From: Blastocladiella emersonii ATCC 22665
Taxonomy: Eukaryota; Fungi; Blastocladiomycota
NCBI GenBank assembly: GCA_025594325.1
Contig: JANHCV010000003.1
Location: 2,480,001-2,544,000, forward strand
Reading direction: 5' to 3'
DNA length: 64,000 bases
Under the pieces are notes generated by a model, which was not told where the DNA came from, did not search any database, and worked only from the letters and a program-made list of their open reading frames with translations. Of this stretch, positions 21,601-32,424 are shown one piece after another. Position 1 is the first letter of the stretch. Every line of letters starts with the position of its first letter. Made by a program: the position numbers and the translations under genes.

Positions 21601-22258
21601 GGTTGTGAGTGCGTGCGCGGGAGGGATCAAGGGAGGAAGCGACGGACGGGATAGACCAAACGCGTAACCGCCCTCGCCAATGATGCTCAGGCGCGACCAG
21701 CCAAACTTGGGGAAGAAGGCCAGCATGGAGCGCGCCATGTGCTTGGAGGTGCCGACGAAGCGGAAGAACCATGGGTAGCTCGACTTGTCCGAGAGGTCGC
21801 TCGAGGCCGAGATGAACGAGCAGAAGGGCAGCTGGAGTGCGCTCGTGACGAGCGAGATCTGCTTGCTCGCGTCCGACGACCCGCCGCCGAGGATCCCGGA
21901 CACGTTCTGCTTGAGCGCATCTACAACCGAGCAGCGTAAGCCGTTATCGCGGCGGCCGATGGACGGAGCGGAACGCACCCAGGGCGGCAAACACGGCGAC
22001 CCCATCGCCGACATTCGCGGCAACCGTATCAATGTCGATCAAGCTGATGTGTGCGTCGGCGAGGTAGCCGAGCCGCTGGGCGTCGCGGACGCCGTACGCG
22101 TGCGAGTCCCGCGCGGCGAGGTACTCTTCGTAGAGCTGCGACTTGACGTCGCCGAACGGAAGGATAAGCGCGAACGAGATGTTGGTCTTGGCGTGCGCCA
22201 GAGTGGCGAGGTAGATGAGGCATATCAAAGGCGCCCAGGCGCGGATCGTCGCATGCAT
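18626..22258 (-). CDS. Class C (glutamate/GABA-B-like) GPCR: signal peptide, ANF-type ligand-binding domain, 7TM, C-terminal tail; multi-exon, in-frame TAG at 19098-19100
   Basis: MHATIRAWAPLICLIYLATLAHA signal; LPFCSFISASSDLSDKSSYPWFFR; HPVFQRSS, TPLTCDLR and KAWAARAVPFNLGEP 7TM_3-like motifs. Confidence 0.75.
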
Positions 22259-22914
22259 CGCGAAGGTGAAGGAAGGGATGTCACCCGATGAGCGATCCGG
22301 GGTAAAGATAGCCGCGGCCTTGCATTGAGTGCGTGGGGTGGGACATGGTCCGCGGGGGTGCTGCGAGGCGCCGTGCGGCTGGCGGGGCGTTCGCGGCGGC
22401 GCAGGCGGAGACGCGCGAGACAAGACGCGAGACGCGTCGTCGGGCGGCGCACGTGACGGGCGGCTCGAGAGGCTTGCGCCTTCGCGCCGCTCTCCTCTCC
22501 TCTGCCTCTCCTCCACCCCTCCCTCTCCCCGCCCGCCCAAGCCCCTCCACACGCGCCCTCGCTCGCGCGCCTGCAACGTATCAACCTGCAGCCCGCGCCG
22601 CCGCTGCTGCCGCTGCTGCCGCCGCCGCTGCCCCGAGCTAGCCGCACCGCGCGCGCAACGGGTCTCCCCGCGCGGCCCGACCAACCGACCGGCCTCAGCC
22701 CGCTTACCGAAGCGAGCGCTCCACCTTTGCCCGCGATCCGCGCAGGACGGCCGCCCTGCCCGCTCGCGTTCCCGCGCGGCCCTGCCCATCAAAACCGCGC
22801 AGCGGGGCGCGCCCATTACTCCGCCGGCTCTCGAGAACGAGCTGTTGCTACACATCGCCGACGCCGACCGCTTGGAACGGGGAACTTTTGCTGCACGAAA
22901 CCGTCATTGCAACC

Positions 22915-25874
22915 ATGGAGTACTTTGAGCTCTCGCCCGACGAGCTTGCCGGCAAGCTCACGGACGCGTTCGACGTGCAGGAGAAGATTGGCGAGGGTGC
23001 GCTCCCTACCCTCATCGCTACCCGCCGTTGCTCACCACCCCCACCGTAGGCTCGTACGGCAGCGTGTACCGCGCCACGCACCGCCGCAGCGACGCCGTGG
23101 TCGCCGTCAAGCAGGTGCCCGTCGACGACAACCTGCAGGACATCATGCAGGAGATCAAGGTGCTGACCGCGTGCGACTCGCCGTCCATCATCCGCCTCTT
23201 CGGCCACTTTCTCGAGCCGCGCAACCTGTGGATCGTCATCGAGTACTGCGCCGCCGGCTCCGTCTCCGACATGATCAAGGCCACGGGCCGCCCGCTCGCC
23301 GAGGACCACATCGCCGTCATTGTCCACGATACCCTGCTCGGCCTGTCCTACCTGCACAGCCACGGCAAGATCCACCGCGACATCAAGGCGGGTAACATCC
23401 TGATCGACGATTTTGGCCGCGGCAAGCTCGCCGATTTCGGCGTGGCCGGCCAGCTCACCGACGCCGCCACCAAGCGCAACACGGTCATCGGCACGCCCTA
23501 CTGGATGGCCCCCGAGGTCATCCAGGAGGTCGGCTACACCACCAAGGCCGACGTCTGGTCGCTCGGCATCACCTGCATCGAGATGGCCGAGGGCTCGCCG
23601 CCCAACCACAAGGTGCACCCGATGCGCGCCATCTTCATGATCCCGACGCGCCCGCCGCCGCGCCTCGCCCGCGAGGACCTGTGGTCGCCCGCCTTCATCG
23701 CCTTCCTCGCCCGCTGCCTCGTCAAGAACCCGGACGCGCGCCCGACCGCCATGGACATGCTCGAGGACCCCTTCGTCATCGACGCCCGCGACCACGCCGC
23801 CGTCCGCGACCTCGCCCGCCTCACCGTCGCCGAGCGCGAGCGCAGACGCGCTCACGTACTGTCCATGGAGAGTCTCGCGCCCACCGAGGACGGCGAGACC
23901 GTCGCCGACACGGTACGCGGCCCGCTCGACCTCGACGCCGAGTCCGCCACCATGCGGCCCGCTGCGCGCATGCACCTCGTCATTGACGCGTCGCGCGACT
24001 CGGCGGCCACCACCGAGGATGCTGCCACGGACCCAACCGCGTCTACGACCGAGGATGACGATGATGATGGCGACGATGACGTGCGGGGCGCCGGCCGCTC
24101 CCGCCTCGACGACGAGGACGACCTCGTGTACGCCACGGGCACCATGGTGATCCACGACAGCAACGAGAGCCTCGACCGGTACCGCGGCGCCGCGGCCATG
24201 TCGCTGGCCGACGACGCCACCATCCGCCCGTACCACCGCCCGCCTCCCCCAATCCCCGCGGGCCCGCCGCCGCCCGGCCGCCGCTCGCTCGACCGCTCGC
24301 CCTCGGCACCGCCACCATCCACGCCCGCGTACCCGCCCCCGCCGTCGCACGCGCTGCTCCCCTCGAGCTCGTCGTCGTCGCTCAAACTCGCGCCACCCGC
24401 CGTCCCGCCCATGCCCGACCGCGCCGACCGCATGGACCGCGGCGCCCCGTCGCGCCGCTCGCCGTCGGCCCCGCCACGGCGGCAATACTCGCCCGGCGCC
24501 TCACCCGCGCCGTCCGCGCGCTCCATCGGCTCGTCGTCGCGCCCGCCCTCCCCGTCGCCCAACTACGTCCGCCGCCCATCGCGCGAGTGGGTCGGCATGC
24601 CGCCGTCGTCCTCGTCGGCGCCCAACCTGTACGCAGGCGGCGGGTCGCAGCAGGCGGCGCACTACCCGCCGCCGATCCCGCTGCCCAGCCCGCGGCTCGG
24701 CGTGCGCCGCCGGTCTGAAGAGCCGCCCACAGGGCTCGGCGGGCACGCCGCACCGCCCGTCCCCGTGCGGTATAACCCCGCCACGGGCGACCTGCAGTAC
24801 GCGCCGAGCGGCGGTAGTCGCGCACCGGCGTACCCGTACCCGGCGTCGTACCAGCAGCAGCAACCGCAGCAGCCGTACGGGTACCCGCCACCGCAGCAGC
24901 AGCAGCAGCAGCCGTACTACCAGGGCCAGGCGCCGTCGCCGCACAGCCCGCAGCACGGCCCGCCGACGCGCTCCAACTCGTCGCCGATGCTCGCGCAGGG
25001 GTACGTCCCGTACCGCGTGCGCCACGCGAGCAGCCCACACATCTACCAGCACCGGCCCGGGTCGCCGTCGCAGTACGCGCAGCCCGCGTTCCCGCCCACG
25101 GGCCCCGGTGCACCCGGCCCGCCCGCTATGACGACCCAGGCCCAGCTCGCGCCCGGCTACGTGTTCCCCGCGCTCCTCCCCGAGGACCGTAACGTCATCG
25201 TCTTCGACAAGCGCGACGACTCGCTGCGCAACCTGCGGACCAAGTCGACGGCCAGCGCTGCTGCTCCGCCACCACCACTACCGCAGGGCACCGCGCCGCA
25301 GTACCACCACCCCGGCGCCTCTCCCGCCCCGCCCGCCCTGCGCAAGTCGCCGTCCGCGGGCAACCTGCACGAGTACCGGTACCAGCCGCCGCCACAGCAA
25401 CAACCGGGCGCGCCGCTCCCGCCGCCACCATCGTTCCCGACGCGCCAGCAGGCGGCGAGCGGCCAGTCGAGTCTCGACCGCACCGGTGGGAGTAGTAACC
25501 CGAACCTGTTCCCGCCGCCGCGCATGTACGGGCGGTCGTCGTCGCGCGAGCGGTCCCCCGGCGGCGGGGGATACGCGGGAGGTCCGACGTCGCCGCTGCC
25601 CGGCCCCGCGGGGTACGACCGCGGCGGCGGTGGGCCGCCGTCGCAGCCGCTCCCGCAGCCGCCATTACTCGGGCCAGGGGGCGGGATGCCGCCACCACGG
25701 TCCGTGTCGCCCGCGCCGCCTGGCATGTACGCGTCGAACAGCGGCGGCGCTGGGCAGCTCCCGCCCAACGGCAGCGGCGTGCTGGGCACCGGGCCCGTCG
25801 GGTACCACCACCACGGGTACCATCCGCCGCCGCAGTACCGCGGCGGCGGCGGCGGGTATCCGGACGAACCGTAG
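22915..25874 (+). CDS. STE20-family MST1/2 (Hippo)-like Ser/Thr kinase with long Pro/Gln/Tyr-rich tail; intron 22997-23049
   Basis: FDVQEKIGEG|SYGSVY, VAVKQVPV, HRDIKAGNIL, DFGVAGQLTD..KRNTVIGTPYWMAPEVIQE, HPMRAIFMIP. Confidence 0.9.
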
Positions 25875-25933
25875 TCGCGTAAGGCGAGAGTGAAGTAGGG
25901 AATAGATAGATGTGAATGGTACAGAGAGCTTTG

Positions 25934-27320
25934 CTATGCGGTAGCGGGGTTGGACATGACGGCGTAGACGACGGCGGTGCCGCGCGGGCCCTTTGCGCCG
26001 ACCGAGAAGCAGTAGTGCGCGAGCAGGAGCTGCAGTTCTTCGACCTCGTCGAGCATCTCGAGCTTGGCGATTCTACAATGATCGTGTGAGCTCGGGGGCT
26101 GCAATGGACCGGGTCGACCGTGCCACGTACCGCTCCTTCTCCTCGGCCGGCACCGCGTCGCGCCACACGCGGTTCATATCCCACGCCTCGGCGCGCTTGA
26201 ACCCGGCCTCCGTGAGCCGGTCGGCGTGCGCGGCCGCCGACGGGACCGCGTGCAGGCCGGGCAGCTCTACGCCGCGCTCGCGCAGGTTGTGCACCATCAT
26301 GCGGCCGAACGCGTCGTCGGGGCCAATGTGGTCGTACCTCGCGACGGCTACGTCGGCGAGGTTGGCAGCGAGCCACGACAGGAGCGAGGTCACGCGGTTC
26401 GCCGGGTCGACGTATACGAGCACGCACTCGGCCATGACGAGGGTCGGGCGGCTAGCGGGGATGCGGAGGTTAGTTTGAGCGGGTTGCGTTGGGGAGAGGG
26501 TGGGCGTACGAAGCGTCGAAGCCGAGAGTAGCGAGCCGCGCGACTACAGCGTCCCAGTCGCGCAGGTCGCCCGCGAATAGCGCGTACTCGTCGTTGGCGT
26601 AGGTCGTCGTCTTCGCATCTGCACGCGCGGATCGCTATTAGCTCGCAACCACGACCCGAGTCAGATCGGCGTACCGAACTTGACGCCCGGCAGGATCGCC
26701 TGGATCCCGCGGTGCTTGCGCATCGCACCGATTTTCTTCATGACCGTCTCGGCAAAGTCGACTTCAAAGTACTTGATCCGCCCGGGTTCGCGCCACACGG
26801 CGTTGGGCGCCGACTCCTACGTTTACACAGCCGCTTCAACGCACACGTTCAACCCGATCGAGATGAGCAAGCGCACCTTGAACCGAAAGAACCGCGTGTC
26901 CGTCCCCGCGCCGAGCGAGAGCACCTGGACGACCTCCCCCTCAACCGCGGCCGCCGTGAATGCGGCGAGCACGCCGTCAAACGCCGTGATCCGCGCGTAC
27001 GTCCCGCGGTTGATGAGCGGCGACCGCCGGTGCCCGTGCGTCTGCGGCACGGGGAACGCAGCGCCACCCGGCGGGCGGCGGAACCCCGCGTGCCCGGACG
27101 CCCCGCGCACGAACGCCAACGCGTACGGGTCGACGAGGTAGCCTGTCTCGACGGCCGACCTGGTAGAAGTTGACGCGCGTCAGGGTCGGTGGGGTTGGAG
27201 GTGTGGGAGCGGGAGCGGTGTGTACATGCGCGACACGGCGGCGTCGTCGTCGGTCCCGCGCACCGCGTCGTCGGGCGACGCTGGGCCGGCGTGCAGGTCG
27301 GCGAGCATCGTGTGTTGCAT
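25934..27320 (-). CDS. PPM1: Leucine carboxyl methyltransferase 1 (PP2A methylase), multi-exon
   Basis: GYLVDPY, RRSPLINRGTYAR, QVLSLGAGTDTRFF, YFEVDF, AECVLVY, DAFGRMMVHNLRERG, LEMLDEVEE...HYC. Confidence 0.9.
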
Positions 27321-27420
27321 CGAGTTTTGCTTGGCAGAGAGGCGCGTCGTTCAGGAGGAGGAGAGGGAGGGTTGCAGCGGGCCTTCCATCGGGCGGGCGT
27401 GGTGACGCACCGCGTCCGAC

Positions 27421-28476
27421 TCAACCACCGGCCGCCCGCCACTCTCGGATCTTGATGGGCACTGCGAGCGCGACTGTCGCACTTGAAGTCGACGACGACG
27501 ACGACGACGATGCGGCCGACGAGCCGACCGGCGGCCCGGCGGGCTGTACGGCGGTTGAGAGCGTCGAGTTCGACGACGACGAGGCGACGGTCGCGTCGAC
27601 CTGCGAAACGGCGGGCTGCACGGCGGTCGAGGACGACGACGACGCGTTGGTCATCTGCGGTGCGGCGGTCTGCACGGCCGTCGTCGAGGAGGACGACGAG
27701 GCGACGCCGTCGTTGAGCTCGCGCAGGATCCCCGCCATGCGCGTCGTGAACTCGGGGTCCGAGTCGCCCTCCTCGTCGGACACGTCAAACACGAACCGCG
27801 GCTGGCGCACGGGCGAGGACAGCGTCAGCCCCGACAGCTGCGTGGCCGGGGTCCGCGGGATGCACTCCTGCGGGCGGGCGCCGTACGGGTTGCTGCGGCC
27901 CGCGGGACCGCCGTGATGGTGCGCCGGCAGCGGGACGGCGGGCGTCGACGACGAGGCGGGCGCCGACGACGAGGAAGAGGGGGTGGAGGGCGGGTTGAAG
28001 TACGAGGCCGGCGGGGACATGGCGGGCGCCGTGGGCGCCGAAGGCGGCGGCGCCGGCGTGGTGATCTGCTGCTGCTGCTGCTGCACCTGCGCAATGAAGT
28101 CGAACGGGATGCCGAGCGCCGCCATGCCCACGGTGACAACGAGGTGGTAGGGCAAGGGCATGGTGACGAGCACGTTGGTGTTGTATACCTCGGAAATGAG
28201 CTCGATGATCATCGCGTCCATCTCGTACACGTGCACCTGCACACCCTGCATGCAGACGAACACGGGGCGCAGGTAGAGGTTGCCGGTCACGCTGAGAGTG
28301 AAGCCCTTGGCAGCATTCCGGCGCCGCGTGAGGCGGTCGAACAGCTGCCACCCGAGCGTGCCGACCGCGGGCGACTTGACGAGCATCATCGAGGTGCGCG
28401 CGAGAATCGGGTCGGGGACAGGGGGGCCCGGCGCGGCGCGCGGCGGCTCGACGTACTGGATCGCGGCGCACACCAT
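27421..28476 (-). CDS. Hypothetical protein (globular N-terminal part, then Gln/Pro/Ser low-complexity repeats); 5' end abuts the helicase fragment
   Basis: Long open frame with strong G/C third-position bias from MVCAAIQYVE onward; three TAVQ(T/P)A repeats. No family recognised. Confidence 0.5.
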   Translation of the reverse strand: MVCAAIQYVEPPRAAPGPPVPDPILARTSMMLVKSPAVGTLGWQLFDRLTRRRNAAKGFTLSVTGNLYLRPVFVCMQGVQVHVYEMDAMIIELISEVYNTNVLVTMPLPYHLVVTVGMAALGIPFDFIAQVQQQQQQITTPAPPPSAPTAPAMSPPASYFNPPSTPSSSSSAPASSSTPAVPLPAHHHGGPAGRSNPYGARPQECIPRTPATQLSGLTLSSPVRQPRFVFDVSDEEGDSDPEFTTRMAGILRELNDGVASSSSSTTAVQTAAPQMTNASSSSSTAVQPAVSQVDATVASSSSNSTLSTAVQPAGPPVGSSAASSSSSSSTSSATVALAVPIKIREWRAAGG

Positions 28477-29993
28477 GTCGCCGTTTGGCGGCTGCATCGT
28501 CATGCTCGCCGGCGACCATTTGCAGCTTCCACCAGTGAACGGCACGGCGATGTTCCAGCTACCCGAGGTGCTCGACGATGCGCCAGACTCGTTCTTCGAG
28601 CGGCTGCTCGCGTACGACACCACGGGCGCGAAAAAAAAAGCACTCGGGCCAGCTCGCGTACTGGCGCGCGCGACGTGTCGTTCGACTCGTGCGCATCAAC
28701 CGGTTCGTCAACGACCCATCATGGGGCAGGTGTACCGACGCGTTCCGCCTCGACAAGGCCCCCGACGAGCTGCGCCGCCTGCTCGACTCGCGCACGACCG
28801 CTCGCCTGCGCCAGCTGAGCGACGACCAGGGCAACAACGAGCTCAAGAAGATCCTCCAGACGCGCGGGCTCACAGTCATTGCGCCCGACAAGTACACGCG
28901 TCACACCTTCAACCTGCTGTACACGCGGCTCGCCGCTGCGGACCCAGAACGCGTCGTGTTTCAGATCAAGGCCAGCATCACGCGCAAGAAGGAGCGAAAC
29001 GGCGCAACCGTCCGCCTCCCGATTGGCGAAAGGGACCTGTTCCGTCTCGCCGAGGAGCCCGACTCGATCACTCGTTTGCCAACCATCCTCGAGGTCTTTG
29101 TCGGCATGGAAGTGCGCGTCAAGGTCAACCAGTGCGTCGAGAAGGGGTGCGCGAATGGCGCTATCGGCGTCGTGCACCACATCGACTGGTGTCCAGGCAC
29201 GACGTTTACCGAGACCGGCTCGCGCATGTACCGCCCATCGCGGGAGCCACATACTGTGTGGATCGACCTGCCCGACGCGCCGCCTGGCCCTCAGTCTCCT
29301 GGCATGCCGGCCGATTGGCCAGACACGGTCATCCCGCTCGCCATGCAATCGGACGACTTTCTCTACAAGGAGGGCGGTATGACGTCGCGCGAGCGAACCG
29401 AACTCAAGAAACCCGAGTCCAGCGCACTGTGCGCCAAGATGGTCAAGAACTTCGATACTCACGAGCAGTACAAGGACCACGAAAAGGTCAAGATCAAGCA
29501 GTTCCCAATCGTGCCCGCCTTTGCGATGACGGTGCACGGGGTCCAAGGCGTGACCAAGAACGCCATCATCTTGACGGATCCGTGCCCAGCCGGCTCGTCT
29601 GGATCGATCAACGGGTCGTCGCTGTACGTTGCGCTCTCGCGGCTCCGCGAGAGCGCGTTCCTGTGGGTTCTCCATCCGATCCCGGACAGCGTGTACGACG
29701 CCATGGTCCCTGATCCGCGGGCCGTGGCCGAAGACTTGCGGCTCCAGGCGCTAGACGTGTTGACTGAGGGCGCGTTCGCTCACGGACAAACCGTTACGCA
29801 AAACCACCCACGAGTCGCAGAGCTCTTCTGTCACGCGATGCAAGAGCATCGCCAGATCAAGAACGACAAGGAGGAGAAGCAGAAGGCCCGCGACCGAGAG
29901 TACACAAGGCGGTATCGCGAGCGTAAGCGCGAGCAGAAGCGCGCTCCAGAATTGCATGAGCAGCGGCGGAGCAAGAGGCTTCGCGAGATTTAG
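28475..29993 (+). pseudogene. 5'-truncated PIF1-family (Helitron-type) helicase fragment with one frameshift at an A9 run (28631-28639)
   Basis: PFGG..LAGDHLQLPPV (motif III), VFVGMEVRVKVNQ..GCANGAIG, KQFPIVPAFAMTVHGVQG (motif V), LYVALSR (motif VI). No Walker A/B and no HUH Rep domain upstream. Confidence 0.8.
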
Positions 29994-30099
29994 TGTAAGA
30001 TTTCATTTGTAGTGTTATAATGTATACTTAGTTGCTTTCAATTATTTTGGTGTGTGATGGGAACAGAGATGCGACTCCATAATGACGCGCGACTGTCAG

Positions 30100-30201
30100 C
30101 GGTACAAAACCTCCCGCGTGTGCCGTTCTCCAACGTGGCGGAGGGCTTTAGCCCTCGATTGAAGACCAGACGCGAAGCGTCTAGGTGGTTCAAGTAAAAT
30201 C
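30100..30201 (+). repeat. Structured ~100-bp element, copy 1
   Basis: Hairpins gagggc-ttta-gccctc (30141-30156) and agacgc-gaa-gcgtct (30168-30182). Homologous to 46090-46191. Confidence 0.75.
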
Positions 30202-30388
30202 GCGAGAGCCGTGAGACGCGTCAATCTATCATGTGATGACCGCGTGACTGGATCGGCCTCGCCATTTCGCGTTTTCGCTTCGCGCGTTTGTCCGCGTCAG
30301 CACTCTCTCGCCCAAGAAGACGACGACACATCATCAACCCCCGTCACCGGGCGCAGTGCAAACTTCATGCAAAATGACTCTCGGGGCT

Positions 30389-32012
30389 ATGCACGTCCCT
30401 GAGATCCTTGAACAGATTCTGGTTCGCGATTGCCCAGCACGGCGACCCGGGCGATGCCGACGGTCTCTTGCAGTATGCGCGCGTCTTGCCGCGCTCACTG
30501 GCCCCGCGCATACAACGGTCCCTGTTGGAGTACGCATCGCACCTCTCGATTGACGGGGCGACCGCACGTGGTAACGTCGTTGCCCTAAACATGTGGGCGT
30601 CGCTCGGCGTCCCGCTCAAGTGCTCCATGGACGCGCTCGCGATGGCTATTGATGCTCGGCTTCTCGGAACGCTCGAGTGGTGGCGCGAAACGGGTGCGCT
30701 CGACTTGACCGAGCTCGTCGAATGGCTTGATGACAACGACGTCGAACCGGACGCGCACGTTGCGCTTGGAGTTCGTTGCGATCTGGATAATTCCAACAAC
30801 AACGGCCAACTGCTTACTGTCGACGATGGCATCGATCTCGCCTGCGCGAACATTGCAACGGGCGTCGTGCAGACTCAAACCCTCTCAAGGGGGATCATCT
30901 CGATGGCCGGCGTCGAAGCGCTCAATGCGGCCATGGCGAGCCCCTTGCAGGCCCTCGAATTCCTCATGCTTGATGGTTCCACATTGGACCTCCCTCGACT
31001 TCTCGCCTTCCGGCTTCCTTCGTCGTTGCGTGAAGTCATCTTCGATTCGTGGTGGCTAGCCAGCTTGCCGCCCCCTGCAACTCGTCAACTTCACCCAATG
31101 CAGTGGCCTCGGGCGCTCGATTCGCTCTCTTTGGAGTCGGGAAACCTTAACGCCGCCGCCACGCTGCTATTCCACAGTCTCCCAACAACTCTTAGAACGA
31201 TCGAGCTACATTATTGCTGCTTTGACGACCACGCCACTTTTGCGCTTGTTCACAAGCTTCCCTCAACTCTGCAGGGCCTCGACATCCGCGGAAACGAACT
31301 GACTGCCGCAGGGTTTATATCAATTGTCCCCCTACTCCCACCCTCTCTCGAACACTTGCATATCGGGTGTATTTCCAACGAGACCGGACCTACTCTTTCC
31401 ACCGAAATCACTCCAGCAACACGTTTGACTTTGCAAGCTCGCTGCCCGCGTCTGGCTTCGCTTGGTCTCTCGGGTTGCCAGCTCACCAACGAGGTCCTCC
31501 AAGCTCTCGAAAACTTGTCGTATCAAGCTCTGACAAGCTTTGCGCTTCACTTCCGCGCATCGTCGGACGATTCAGTCGTCACGCTATGCCGCGTCCCAGC
31601 GGGTTCGTCGCTTGCCACGCTTGACCTTGGCGGGTGCCGATTTTCGCGTGCCGCCGTCCTTGCGCTTCTTCTACACTTTCCGCATTCTGTCGCCGAGCTC
31701 GACCTCAGTCTTTCTGATCTTGGATCCAATGGTGCTGCCATGCTGGCCTCGTGCATGCCGCCGCTCCTTGAGCGGTTAAGACTCATTTCCACTGGACTTG
31801 GCGACGCGGGGCTCGGCGTGCTCACACCTGCGCTTCCTCCCACCCTCAATCGGCTGAGTCTGGATTACAACTCCATCACGGACGCCGGCGCTCGAATCCT
31901 TGCAAGCAACATGCCCAGGGACCTCGCTGAGGTCTTCCTTGCCAGGAATGAGGTACGGAAGCCGGCCGAACCGCGCTTCAAGCGGCGGCGAGCTCTCCCC
32001 GTTTCCGCGTGA
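30389..32012 (+). pseudogene. F-box-like + RNI-like LRR protein, copy 1, frameshifted near 30424
   Basis: MHVPEILEQIL, then a shift into a 534-aa frame with LPxTLxxLxL..N.(L/I)T LRRs. About 2 nt missing relative to the copy at 54720. Confidence 0.75.
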
Positions 32013-32424
32013 GCATTCGCTAACCGCTACTGCCTCGCATTTCGAGGTTGTTTTGTTTGTTTCCGAAAGGAGGTGTATACAGTGTAGAAGAAGTTTTTCA
32101 CGCAGGCAACGCGCCGTGAGGCCTCGTTGCTTGGCTGCGACGGACGATCGCGACTGACGAGCAGGGCTTTTCAACGCTGAAGTCGGATCGTTCCGGCATG
32201 TCTTTTGCACTTCTCAGGGGCCAAGCAACTGGACCTGGTCCGTCTCGCATTCCATGAGAGATCGTTAACGGCCAACACTTGAGTTCAAAGCTGGAGTTGA
32301 TCGGAGAGGGCCACCAGCTGGCCGCCCGCTCAACCCCATAAGAGCAGCCATTAAACTCGATGCACCGCAGATGTTCACGAAAACTTTTGTACATTGACCG
32401 CTCGCTTCATTGTCGAGCTCGCGC

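Noticed and set aside
28628-28643. Programmed -1 frameshift at A-AAA-AAG in the helicase
   Set aside because: The shift needed is +1 (one extra A), and the gene lacks its N-terminal half; homopolymer slippage or error is simpler.
30141-30185. Canonical Helitron 3' end (hairpin plus CTAG at 30181-30184)
   Set aside because: CTAG is followed by G rather than T, the hairpin is 24 nt away, homology with copy 2 continues past it, and copy 2 has TTAG. Kept only as an unexplained structured repeat.
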